Source of the DNA: Eledone cirrhosa | Lineage: Eukaryota | DNA length: 64,000 nt | Direction of reading: 5' to 3' | NCBI GenBank assembly: GCA_964016885.1 | Contig: CAXHJY010001320.1 | Location: forward strand, 1-64,000 | Part shown: positions 10,526 through 23,249 of the stretch, piece by piece | Layout: every line of letters begins with the position of its first letter | Position numbering within the stretch: position 1 is the stretch's first letter | Made by a program: the position numbers and the translations under genes | Notes under the pieces: model-generated | What the model saw: only the letters and a program-made list of their open reading frames with translations | What the model was told of the DNA's origin: nothing | The model's database searches: none

Positions 10526-10870
10526 TAATTGTTTCTACGTTAGGCACAAGGCCAGCAATTACTCAGTGTATTACTGGTACTTTATTTTATCGACCCCGTA
10601 AGGATGAAAGGCAAAGTTAACCTCGGCGGGATTTGAACTCAGAATAGCAAGGGCCGTAACTCTATGCGTCAAAGCATGGCGTCCGACTCTCTACCAATAC
10701 TGCCAATCCACCTAATAATAATGTTTCTACTTTTGACACAAGGCCAGCATTTACCCCAGTGCATTACTGGTACTTTATTTTATCGACTGCGTAAAGATGA
10801 AAGGCAAAGTTAACCTCGACGGGATTTGAACTCAGAACGTAAAGGGCCATAACTCTATGCTGCAAAGAAT
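10526..10870 (-). mobile_element. Two tandem tRNA-derived SINE copies (Nin-domain-like core)
   Basis: Minus-strand B box GAGTTCAAATCC and core GCCTTTCATCCTTACGGGGTCGATAAAATAAAGTACCAG; (TTA)n tail. Confidence 0.8.
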
Positions 10871-10879
10871 GATTCTGAT

Positions 10880-11672
10880 AATAATAATGATGATTTCATT
10901 TATTGGCCACAAGGGCCGACTTGTAGGAGACAATACAAAGACACGGTCAGTGGGAGTTTACAATAAGCTCGAGTAAAAGTGCACAATGGCAAGACTAATT
11001 TAACAATGAAATTATAAAATAAACTATGCATAAATATAACAAAATAAATTCCCCAATAAGGGGGTGGACGACCCAGGAGTGACTCAGGTACCCCACCTAT
11101 CCTGAACCACCCTGCGCTTCTAGAGCACCGAGGAGAGCACCCCTCTCCTCAAGTTAGCCAGCCTATAGGCGCATTGTCATAGTAGGCCCACTCACACGGG
11201 TCATTCTTGCCACATTCATCCACCTTTTAGCAAATGTACTGGGGGGCAGCACTTCTCTCTCCACCCTCACCTTCCTTTCCAGGTCTATCTTCAGTCCTTT
11301 CAATCTGGTCCACCATACAACCTCTTTCACAACTGCCACCAGACAGGAAAATTGCCTGCCCTTGTGGTGGGTTGATCTTCACTACGGACTCAGTCAATAG
11401 CTTGATCTGTTCTACACACGACAACAGCTGTTTGACATAACTCCACAAGTCAGTAAAGCACGGACATTGGACAAGTGCATGCAGAATGGTTTCGTCGCTC
11501 TGTGCGCATCTCGGGCAGGTCCGTCTGACAGCATTTCCGTTCCTGTAGAGTTTATCTTGAACCGGCAATGCCCCCTGGTAGCACTGCCAAGCGAGGGATT
11601 TCTGGAAGTTTTCCATTATCCCCGGCTCAAAGCCCAGAGCCTCTCCGAGCGCATCGTCACTCTTGCGCACCA
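10880..11672 (-). mobile_element. 3' fragment of an L1/Tx1-type LINE (zf-RVT region)
   Basis: LAWQCYQGALPVQDKL...CPRCAQSDETILHALVQC; microsatellite tail on the left; related fragments at about 11690-12230 and 12650-13110. Confidence 0.7.
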
Positions 11673-12240
11673 CTAATAATAATAATGATGATGATGAATC
11701 CTTTATTAACTGCAGAGGGTTCACACAAAGAAAACATTAAAGACGATACAAGGTGGGTTTTTTTAATGTAAAAAATTGATAAATAAAACAACAAACGTAA
11801 AAAAAACTTTAAACTAAAGAAATTTCTGTGGGTCGCCTGTGGAGAAAGCCAGCAAAATGCCTCAACCACCTTGACACTAGGGCAAATACCCTCTACCAGT
11901 TATCCTCTAATCTACAAGCACATATTCACAGTGGGCCTCTTCACCACTTTCATCCACCTTTCAACAAACTGGCTAGAAGGCAGCATTTCCCTCTCTACCC
12001 AGATTTTCCTTTTCAAGTAAACTCACAAAGAGTTAATCAGAACTTTGTTGAAGAGGAAACTGCCTGTTATCAACCCTTTCAAGCAAATCTACCACACAAC
12101 CTCTTTTGCCATGGTCACTAAGCAGATAAAAACTGCCTGCCCTTCCCATTTAAAAAAAAATAGTGGTGCTATTTTCATGATGGGATGAGCCAATAGCCGG
12201 ATCCATCTAACACATGACAACAACTGTTTGAGACACCTAA

Positions 12241-12622
12241 TAATTGTTTCTACTTTAGGCACAAGGCCAGCAATTACCCCAGTGCATTACTGGTGCTTTA
12301 TTTTATCGATACTGTAATGATGAAAGGCAACGCTAACCTTGGCAGGATTTGAACTCAGAATGCAAATGGCCACAACTCTATGCTGCAAAGCATGGTGTCT
12401 GACACTCTACTGATACTGCCAATACATCGCCTAATAATTGTTTCTACTTTAGGCACAAGGTCAGCAATTACCCAGTGCATTACTGGTACTTTATTTTATC
12501 GACCCCGTAAGGATGAAAGGCAAAGTCAACATCGGCGGGATTTGAACTCAGATCGTAAAGGGACATAACTATGCTGGAAAGCATGGCGTCCGACCCTCCA
12601 CCGATACTGCCAATCCACCGCC
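12241..12622 (-). mobile_element. Two tandem tRNA-derived SINE copies, same family
   Basis: Each ~190 bp with A box TGGCAGTATCGG/AG, B box GAGTTCAAATCC and the same core. Confidence 0.82.
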
Positions 12623-13296
12623 ATAATATACATAATACATCACCTAATAATAATAATAATTTCTTTATTAGCCACACAGTACTCATATCAAGAAAATATT
12701 AAGGACAGCACAGGATGATACAGTGTAGGTTTTTGCATGGGGAAAATTATAAGGAAAACAATGAAAACTGTAAAAATCCAAACAAAAACAAGCCCCCCCC
12801 CCCCCAAGCACCTAATAAAGGAGAAACTTTCAAGGGTCACCCATGGAGAAAGCCCTCAAAAAGCCATGGTTACCTTGACAGCTAGGGCCAGTGCCTCCTC
12901 CCAGTTGTCCTGCAATCTACAGGTGCACACTCAGAGTAGCCACCAGATAGAGGAAAACTACCTGCCCTTCCTGGCCAAAAGAAGGCTGTGGGACGATCGT
13001 CACGATGGAGTTGGTTGATAGCCGGATCCATTCTACATACAATAATAGCCGTTTGACAAATCTCCACAAGTCAGTAATGCTTGGATGCAGGATGAGTGCA
13101 TGCAGAATGGTTTCTTGGTAGCTTTAGCATCAACTGCAGTAGTAGTAGTAATAGCAGTAGTGGTGGAAGAAGAAGTAGTAGCAGCAGCAACATCCAAAAC
13201 TGTATTAACTATATATAAGATGTACATATATATATAGACGTTAAACGATATATAGGAAATTTGAAAATATTAATGCCACAATGCAGACAACTATAA

Positions 13297-13485
13297 TAAT
13301 TGTTTCTACTTTTGGCACAAGGCCAGCAATTACCCAGTACATTACTGGGACTTTATTTTATCGACCTTGTAAAGATGAAAGGTAAAGTTAACCTCAACGG
13401 GATTTGTACTCAGACCGTAAACGGACGTAACTATGCTGGAAAGCATGGTGTCCGACCCTCTACCGATACTGCCAATTCACTGCCC
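13297..13485 (-). mobile_element. tRNA-derived SINE, same family
   Basis: Near full-length match to 12434-12622. Confidence 0.8.
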
Positions 13486-16400
13486 TACAACTATAATAAT
13501 AGTTGATAATTATAGATAATTTTTGAATAAATCTGGTAATGTACCATTGGAGACAGAAAAAATGGACAGAGATGCCTGCAGGGAACCAAACCACATTTCT
13601 TGTATGCTGGGTGAGCAAATTTAACCATTATACCAAAATGTCCCTAACCACTAATTATCATTGTTTTACATGTTTTAAGTGTGATGCTAGAAGTGTAAAC
13701 AAGACTTGATTGACTTATGAAGCATCAGGAAATTTAAAATTTGAAAGTATAGTTGCTACAAATCAACTATTATAATAATAGTTGATAACTAAATAATAGT
13801 TAAATAAATTGGATAAAGTACTGAAGATGTAAAAAAATGGTTCTATGCTAGAAAACTCTTCGTTTTAAAATGTTTATATTTACAAAAAAAAACCTTCCAT
13901 CACAATTTTATGTAAGAAACTTTGTTACTTTATGTTTCAAACATAAGTTTGATAACGAGCAAATATTAGTAAATCCCCCAAATTCTTGATTTGAAAATCA
14001 CGTGTTTCATTAAAGAAATATAGTAATGTATGGGTTAAAATATCATTTCAAAAGAAATGAGAGATTGTTCTTTAAAAATTGCTTTTGCTCTCAGAAAAAA
14101 AATCCATTTATATAACGGAAATGTGTCAAAATATATTATGTACTTCCAGTGGAGGCTGAATAATAATTTAAACTGTCTGTTCTGAGCCACTGGGTGTAGG
14201 TAGGTGTTTCATACAGACATATTAATAAATAGGTCATATCTACACTGTCATATATGATGAATCTCAAATAAATGGCAGGAAGGATTTAATTGCTTGACTG
14301 TTATTAATTTAATCATTTTACTCTTGTAATGTTAACCTTTCTCTTTTATAATCTGAAAGTATCAGACCCAGATTCCATTGTCAGAGAAGCTGAAAAGCAT
14401 AAGCTATCAAAGTACGAGCTGCTCTTCATATGTTTATTGTAAAACCCATAGTGGTCAGCTGCAACTTTGTGAATTTAGTATTTGACCCAGATTCCATCAT
14501 CCGGCAGGCTGTGAAGATTGCAATCTAACAAAGCACTGGCTGCTCTTTGATGATATGTTTATTGTTAAACCCATTTCAGTGGAAACATCTGTCATTCTGG
14601 GTCCTCCAAACTCTACTTCCCTACTTACTGTGATCAGGACAGAGATGGCCATCTGAAACTGCAAGAATGAACCCCATAAAGTGGAGTGGCTTCTTTTTGA
14701 ATCTATAGCAGTGGAAATATCTGGCATTTTGGGTCAACAAACCACCTCCCAACTTACTGCAATCAGGATGAATGTGGATATCTGCAAGAATGAGCCCTAC
14801 AAGTTAGACAGGCCCTTTCAGTACATCTCCCTTTCTATCCTCTAAGGATAAAATGTTTACAATTTTGTTTGCTGGGACCATAAGGCAACATCCACTTGTG
14901 ATTTTGCATTTCAAAGAGACAGAACAAGCTAATGGAAGAACATGGCAATCTTTCATTGGTAATTCATGCTGTTACTATTTGACATTTCTGTCTTCTGGGA
15001 CCATGAGGCAACACTCTACTGAGGTGTTGCACTTCAGAGAGACAAAACAGATGAATGAAAGAATGTAACAACCTTTCATTGGTTGATTTGTGCTGATAAC
15101 AGCTCCACTATAACAACACATCAAGAAATGATAAATAAAAGCTAGACCAACTAATACCCAGATGAAAGGTTTTATGAAAGCTAGACCAACTAATACCCAG
15201 ATGAAAGGTTTTATCACTGTTTATACAACATACAAGTTTTTATGGCTGTATAAACATGTTTGAAGGACATTTGTTTGTTTTGTCTGCTCCATTGTTTGGG
15301 AATGAGTTGTTAGAGTGTCAGTTAAATGCTTCTGTATTTATACTGGCTCTCTGTGCTCTGAGTTCAAATCTTTCCATGGTCAACTTTGCCTTTCATCCTT
15401 TCGGGGTTGATAAATAAAGTACTAGTGTTTTGATGACAAATTCTAAGCCAAATTTCAAATGTTCATTTCGTTTAACTCTTAATGTCTTGTGCCACATGGA
15501 AACATAGCATCACAATTGTCAAGAAAAGTACAAAACAGCAATGAACTCGCTAATATATGAGAAACACTCTAAATGCACACATTTTTATATATATATATAC
15601 ATGTATATTCTTTCTTGGTCTCTTAGTTTTGTTTTGTTCTTGTTTCTTCAGCAAACATAATAATAAACCTTAATATGGCTGTTTAAAAGGCAACAGAATT
15701 TCTTCATTGAAAAAAAAAAAAATCTTTTTTTTCAGTTTCTTTTAACTCTTAACATCCTAAAAATATATATAAGCAAATTTGTTAATCAAATGTTTATAGT
15801 GTCTTTAGAGGTGGCAAAAAGCGAAGTTGTTAGAATGAAATGCCTTGGTATTTCTTTTCTAGCTCACTTCAAATCCCACCAAGACAAATTTTAGCTTTCA
15901 TTCTTTCGGGGGCGATAAAATACTAGTACATGGATGCAATAGATTGACTGACTTGTTAACTCTTGACAGTCTTTAATGATTTAACAAAAAATGTCTTTAA
16001 TAAAAAAAAAGTGGGGGTTGTTAATTCAAATGTTTATAGTATGTTTTACTAGTGAACAGATTATGAAAATTTGGAGTAAACTGAAGATTTTAATTTTTAA
16101 TGTGATGCAGTTAATAGTGCTGCTGTGTACATTTCAAAAAGGTAGTTTAATATGGTATGAGAGATTGAATTAGTTGGGTGGAATGCTCTGTGCATTCTGC
16201 AATCAAATCTCACTTCATTCTGTCAAGAGATGCAGCCAGCAGATAGTATCAGCAATAAAAAGACTTATGGTAACATTAGTTACCTTGGTCCAATGTCAAT
16301 CAGCTTCTTTCCTTTCATGGCGTCTTCATTAGTGGATAGATCATTGGGAAAAGTTGCAGTATTAGAGTAAAGAGTTAAAATGTTAATGTGATACAGGTTC

Positions 16401-17111
16401 ATGTGGCACAGGATGTTAAGAGTTAAGTTGAAAGACCATAATATTGGTTTAGATTTATATTTGCCGTATCATGGTTATCATTGATCTTTTTTTTTGCTCT
16501 TTTTTTTTTAAACCTCTTCTTTAAGTCTCATCATTCATTTTCACCCAATTTTTTTCTTCTTTAGAAATATATTTTAAAAAATCAATGGGAGTGAGGAAGT
16601 TGAGAGGCATCAAAATCTGTGTGTTCCTACCAACTAGCCTTATTACTTGGCTAAAACAAAACAGTCAAATTTTTCTCTTTCTCTCTCTGATTCAAGATCA
16701 CAATCATTTATTTGTTCATTCATTTTCACACAACACTATTGTGGAAAAATCAATTTAAATGTCACACAATCTTTTATTTCTTCTTGCTATTCTTGTTTTT
16801 GTTTATCTATATATCTAAAACAGAGAATGTCTGTCTGACTCCCTAAAACTCAACAACCACCCAACCGAGTTTTTTCAAACTTTACACATGTAATACTTAT
16901 GGTCCTGTGAGTGTTTTGAGCAAAAAATATTTCAAATTTTCAATGCCCTAGGGACCGGTTAGCGATCTCTCTTTCTCTTAGTCTCTCTTTTTATATAGAT
17001 ACATAGATATAACGTTGCGCCCTTATAATATCTGTTTGTATGTCTGGCTGTCTGCATTATGACATTATGACGCTGTGTGTGTGTGTGTGTGTATATATAT
17101 GTATATATATA

Positions 17112-17160
<49 letters not shown>

Positions 17161-17283
17161 GGAGGTGAGTTTTATTGTACTACAATAAAACTCACCTCCT
17201 ACATTAACTTGCTCCTTAACGGTTGAGTGCTTACTCTCATATTGGATACCTTTTGATGGTCCTTTACCGTTTTCTTCTACAAC

Positions 17284-19690
17284 ATGGATTATTACAACAT
17301 AACCAATTCAACTAAAGACATTCCTATACCTGGTAAATCTGAATTCACCAAACTTCTAATTGAAAAAACTGACTCCTTCGTAAGAAGACTTAGATGGATA
17401 GCCTATTTCTATGACCAGCGCCTAAAAGGGAACTTCTATACCAAGGAACATAACTTCCTCGATTATCTATTTAATTCTAGAAGAAATCCTCCTTCCAACA
17501 AAAATCTAGTGCAATTCGAAGAAGAGTTAACTAAAATTATAAAAAATCTTAAATTCAAGAGATACCCTTACAAAGGACAAGAGCACCTTGTAAATCTCAA
17601 GAACACAATTTCAAACCTAAATTCCTCAAAAAATGTTTTAGTCCACTCTGACAAAACCAATAACTTATATGGTATTTCCAAGGATAATTATAACAACCTT
17701 ATCCTAAAGGAACTTAGGAAAAAATATCGTAAAACCAACCATGATAATTTAGAACACATAAACTTTGAAGCCTCTGAGATTATGTCAAAACTTGGCATTG
17801 AAAAAAAGACCGAACCATTCCTCCCAAGAACTCCGAGGATAAATCTCAAGGATCACAAAAACAATTTTCGCACTGAACTACCTGTTAGATTAATCGCCCC
17901 CTCTAAATCAGATCTGGGGGTTGTTAGTAAAGCCATCTTGGATAGAATTATCCCACAGGTTCGTTCTAATTGCTCTTCTTTGAACCTAAATTTATGGTTT
18001 GGTACTTCTGAAGTGATTAGCTGGTTCAACAAATTGAATAATAAAAACAAACTAAAATTTGTTCAATTTGATATTGCCAGCTACTATTCTTCTATTTCGC
18101 CTTCACTTCTCAATAATGCTCTATCTTTCGCACTTAAATATTCTGACATCACCACAGATGAACTTCACATCATTCTCACCGCATGTAAAACCATCCTAGA
18201 GTTCAACAACGAATATTGGACCAGAGCCGATACCTCTAACAACTTCGACATCACAATGGGAGCATCCGATTCATCCCAATTGACAGATTTAATTGGTATC
18301 TTTATTTTGAACTCTTTGAGTCGGAAAATTCCTCAACTTCGCGGTGGAATTTATCGTGACGATGGACTCTTTACTATCTTAAATTGCAACATAGTTAACC
18401 TTAATATTATTAAGAACAATATACGTAATCTCTTTAACCAACATAACCTAAAAATTGAATTTGATAATAGCATCAAACTAGCTAATTTCTTGGATGTATC
18501 TCTTAATCTTGACACTGGCCTATATTACCCTTACCATAAAAACAATGAGAACCTAAATTATGTTAACTTTAAATCTAACCATCCTACTAATATCAAGAAT
18601 GCTATAGTTAGTAATATTGGAAAAAGAATATCTAACCTATCTTCTAATAAAAACATCTTTGATGCTAACGCCAATTACTATAATAACGCGCTTTCTAAAG
18701 CCGGCTATCCTGATAAAATCAAATATAGTAAAGAAACAAATTCTAGAAGAACTTACAGTAGAATAATTAATCATGATCATTCCAATAACTTTAATAAAAG
18801 ACCTAGATACAAAAACATAATCTGGTATAATGCTCCTTTCTCCATCTCTATTAATAACAATATTAGGCATCCAGCTGTAGAAATTAAGCCAGAATCAGTT
18901 CCCGTCCCACCCTTGCAAGCAGGGAAAAAGCGGACGTAAAATGAAATGATGAATGATGATTACTAAATTATTCTTTAGTGCCTTAAATAAATGCTTCCCT
19001 CCCTCACATATCTATAGTAAAATATTTAACAAACACACTATAAAATTTTCCTATTCTACATCCTCCAACATTTCCAACATTACCTCTAAACACAACAATA
19101 AAATACTAAATACTAAATCTCTTCCTTCCAACACTGAATATCATAATAATAGTAATAGTACTCCTGACGTCATTGTAAACCCTAGGCTAATTTCTGCAAA
19201 CCCAAATACGTCAAACACAACTTCGCTAAATGTTCTTAATCCCATTCTAAATCAAGAAACTATTATTCCTATCGCAAATAACTTCTCCAATCCAATTCCT
19301 TCTATAGATAACACTAGGTCACTCGTTAATAATCTCTCTAATCGCAATTGCAATTGCCCTGTTAAAAATAAATGTCCTCTCAACAACCATTGTCTTGATA
19401 AAAACTTAATTTACGAATGTAAAGTTATAACTGACACCAATTCCTTCACCTATTTTGGCTCCACTTCCACCTCTTTTAAAGCTCGTCTTTATAACCATCA
19501 TTCGTCTTTTAAATACAAACTTAAAAGAACCAACACGGCTCTCTCAGAACTCATATGGTCCTTGAAAGACAAAAATATTAAATATAGCATCTTTTGGAAG
19601 AAGGTTTCTTCTGCGTCTCCATACTTGAACAGTTCTCTATCCAAAATTTGCAATCTCTGTCTAAATGAAAAAATTTACCATTATATCTAA
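17284..19690 (+). pseudogene. Penelope-like RT/GIY-YIG polyprotein split by a 93-bp SINE-tail insertion
   Basis: STKDIPIP; QFDIASYY; ITMGASDS; GIYRDDGL; NFLDVSL; IIWYNAPF; CNCPVKNKCPL; LIYECK...YFGST...FKARLYNH; CNLCLNEK. Confidence 0.9.
18866..18958 (+). mobile_element. 5'-truncated RTE-dependent SINE tail
   Basis: Matches 32242-32325; (ATG)n-like tail; ATTA duplicated at 18862-18865 and 18959-18962; removal restores NNN-ITKLFF. Confidence 0.85.
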
Positions 19691-20724
19691 TTAAGATTCT
19701 ATAATAAATAGACGCACTGACTTGTTTTCTATCTGCTTGCATAAATTCCACAAAACATTCCACAAAGTATACAGCTAATATTCTTTATCAATTTAGGATC
19801 TTTTTCTCAAAGGCACATATATATATATATACACTTCTTTAAAAATATACCCATCTTTTCTACCTTATTTCAAAGGTTATTATACATTCTATAATACTTG
19901 TTACTCATTCTATATCGCTCCTATTTATCACTTCCCTTTCTTCTCTTTTTCTTTTAATGTCTAACCCCTAATCTGTACCTTTTCTCACTGTTGTCTAACA
20001 TAGAATCAATTATTACATAATACAATACATTCTTACTCTATATCACCTTGTAAAAATCCTTCGTAAACAAATATTTTTTTGACGTTAGATTATTCATCCT
20101 CAATTCATTATTTTTTTCTCCCTTTCATCTAACTCATTCATGCTCATCTCACAATATATCCTTACTTAAATTACCTGTTGTTCTTTTTAATAATGCATAT
20201 CAACATTTTCTTTCCATCGCACATATTATTAAACCCTTAAATATTATTCTTAATACATATTAACTTTTTCTTTTCCATCGCACATGTTATTAAACCCTTA
20301 AATATTATACTTAATACATATTAACATTTTCTTTTCATCGCACATATTATTAAACCCCTCAATATACAAACCTTAACTTTACATTATTTTTCTCTTCGTT
20401 AATTTTCAAATTCTTTTAATTTATACATTATCTTCCAACGGTTTTCAACCTCTCTATGTAAAACAATATATCTTTCTCAGTTATAAAAGCTATCTCTCTC
20501 TCTCTATCACCCATCTCTCCTTCTATCTCATCCTTCCTCATTATACTCCTCCCTCTCCACTTTTTACTCTCATCTCCTCCTCTTTTTCATCCTTTCCACC
20601 CCACCCCCCTCAAAATAAAATATTTTTCCCAATATCACACATCAATCTAAAACTACTTTTCATATGTTGATTTAAAACTGCACTATCCACAAGTGTTTTT
20701 TAACCTTCATATCATGTCTTCCTG

Positions 20725-20791
20725 TTTTATCTGATGAAAACACAAATATTATTGCATGATGATATTTGTTTTTGAAATGCGCATAATAAAA
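20725..20791 (+). ncRNA. Type I hammerhead ribozyme, minimal form with palindromic stem III
   Basis: TTTTAT-CTGATGA-[ACAAATAT/ATATTTGT stem II]-GAAA-TGCGCA-TA-ATAAAA; stem I TTTTAT/ATAAAA; predicted cleavage after AUA at 20785. Confidence 0.8.
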
Positions 20792-20823
20792 TACATGGAA
20801 CTCTTTTAACCATCTTTTGTTCT

Positions 20824-20856
<33 letters not shown>

Positions 20857-20908
20857 GAGTGTAACGTTTTTTGAAATATTTACTTCTGCATTCACAGATT
20901 GTTTTTTT

Positions 20909-20959
20909 AGTTTCAGAAGATCCCATTAAGAGTGAAAGCAGTGATTCTTTGCTTAAACT
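20909..20959 (+). ncRNA. Second hammerhead motif with a core substitution (CAGAAGA)
   Basis: AGTTT-CAGAAGA-short stem II-GAAA-GCA..TGC-TT-AAACT; 4-bp stem III; outer pairing CAGATT/AATCTG. Confidence 0.6.
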
Positions 20960-23249
20960 TTAATCTGTTATTTTAATATATATAATTATATGTTCGTGTA
21001 CAGATATTTTTGCATACACAATAACAAAATATAAACAAACGTATTTATTTCACGAGGCTCGATAAGGATAAATATATATCAAATATATAAGAACCCTAGA
21101 GCAAATCCCGAGCAACGGCGGGCCATTCTGCTAGTATACATATATATATGTATATAAAGTAGGTGGTGGAATGAGCAGTAGTTTTGTTTATATACATATA
21201 TATATATGTATATAAAGTAGGTGGTGGAATGAGCAGTAGTTTGTTTTGTTGTTTAATTCCAGGTTATCCCTGATCAGGCAGACCTATGATCTAAATCAAT
21301 TCCAGCTGTGACCATCCCATCTTTTTTCTAATATCCAGAGAACCCAAGACCACATTAGCAAGTTGAGTGATCACATAACGGCTCCATTGCTGACACGAAA
21401 TAGTTACCAGTAAAATGCTGGGTATATTAAATCAACTACATGTACATCTCACTTCTCCTGCCAACCCCACCACTAATATTTATGTTCTGAATATCCAAGT
21501 CCTTTTCACTCCTGTTGGAAGAACCCCTACCTGGTTGACCTCCACCGCTTTCTGTTTGGTTTTGGTTGTCAGGAGTGGAGCCATACTCACCAAGCCTGGC
21601 CAATTGCAGGTTGGTGAAGCTATGTAACTATAGTTGGGCTGTTGACTTTGAGGAGTTCATCTCCCTTTTCATGTTTTGAATAACAATATTATATTTATGA
21701 AGCCAGTAGCATGTGAAATGATGAAATAAATTAAGTATCCACATTACATAAAAATTAGCTGTCTATATTACAAAATTAGGTGTCTACATTACATAATTGG
21801 GTCATTTTTCAAAAATGTCATTGTATTCATTAATCTATTAGCATTTACATTAGTCTATATTTACTATTATATTTTCACAGTAAAGGCTTTATCTCACATA
21901 ATATCAAATCTATGAGATTTTGATATTATTTATTTTGAGTGGCCAGTTACGGTTGGTTTGAACAGCAAGAGGTGAAAAAATTCTGGCTAGATACAACCAT
22001 TTTAAATGCTAGCGTTAATGTTTACAGTAAAAAGTCATGGTTCATTGAGTTTTAAAAAATACATACTTTTTCTGTGAAAATGCCACACATTGTTAAGAAA
22101 TTCACTTCGCTTCAGGTTGTAAAATTAACTAGATGGAAACTGTTTGAAAGCCCATTGTGGGACTGTACCTATAACTCAAAGCCAGTCGTTGTCACTCACA
22201 CAGTATCATGCTGAATCTCCCTGAGAATTACATTAACAGAACATGTGTCAGTGGGTTGCTCAACCACTCACATTATAATACAAGATGGACTGTACTTATA
22301 ATTCAAAGGGCCCATCACTGTCACTCACACATTGCTGAATCTCCCTGAAAAGTACATTAAGTAAACATATGTCTGTGTGAAACTCAACCACTTGCATATT
22401 AATTTCAGGAACAGGCTGCTCTACTGATCGAACAACTCAAACAGCTGTTGTTGGAACCAATGGAGGTCTATTCCATTGGTTTATTTTCATACAATGAAAA
22501 GTCATGGCTCATAGAGTTAAAATAAATACATGTTTTTATTGTGAAAGCAATAAAAAACATGTCTCATCAAGAATTTCACACAAAAGACTAATTATAAATA
22601 CAGACCTTATAATTAGCTGTCTATATTACAAAATTAGTTATCTACATTACATAATTGGGTAATTTTAAAAAAAAATGTTATTATATTTATTAAAATGTAA
22701 CAAGGCACACATAATTTGATTGATCTAGAGAGAGTTTCTCTGTTCAAATTATCTATTTCTAAATATTAGCACAAAGGAAGGGGAGAGAACAGGGCCAGCC
22801 CTACCATGAATGCCAATTAAGCAGCTGCCTAGTGTACAGACCTCAGAGAGATGCAATACTGAGCTTTAAAGGATCACAGTATTATACAAATTCTTATAAA
22901 TATTTTAGATATATAATAATTTCCTGCAATCAGTAAATAAATCAATTGCAATGCTCCAGTGTGACCCTCAGCCAGTCAGCTGGAACAAGTAAAAAAGTAA
23001 ATTATTAAACATCTTTGCCATGTAGCAGTTATGGAAATACCCAAAGTAGTGAAGAGGCCATATGGTGTTATGATCTGTATCACGATTTGCTATGAGTGAG
23101 CAGGTGTAATAATGTTTTTAGTGTGAGCAAGAAGTATCAAAAACTAGCTTTGTCAGCTTACTAAACAGTAAGTTGAAATTATTTTATTCGGGGGAATGGA
23201 GCACATAATTGAATGAAGAGTGTGCATAACTGAAAGATAGGGGTCCTCA

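Larger units (their letters stand above)
17156..20975 (+). mobile_element. Penelope-like retroelement 1, inserted in (TA)n
   Basis: 5' perfect hairpin; RT + GIY-YIG ORF; long 3' UTR with two hammerhead motifs. Confidence 0.88.
16806..21134 (+). mobile_element. Non-autonomous Helitron interrupted by a Penelope-like element
   Basis: A|TCTATATATC 5' end with GTCTGTCTG; 3' GC hairpin CCCG-AGCAACGG-CGGG (21107-21122) then CTAG|T; no TSD. Confidence 0.62.

Noticed and set aside
10526-13485. Repeated ~190-bp units as a CRISPR-like or satellite array
   Set aside because: They are dispersed tRNA-derived SINEs with Pol III boxes and irregular spacing, in eukaryotic context.
15138-15214. 39-bp tandem duplication (similar short tandem copies at about 20200-20360 and 21135-21245)
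   Set aside because: Ordinary local slippage duplications with no further structure.
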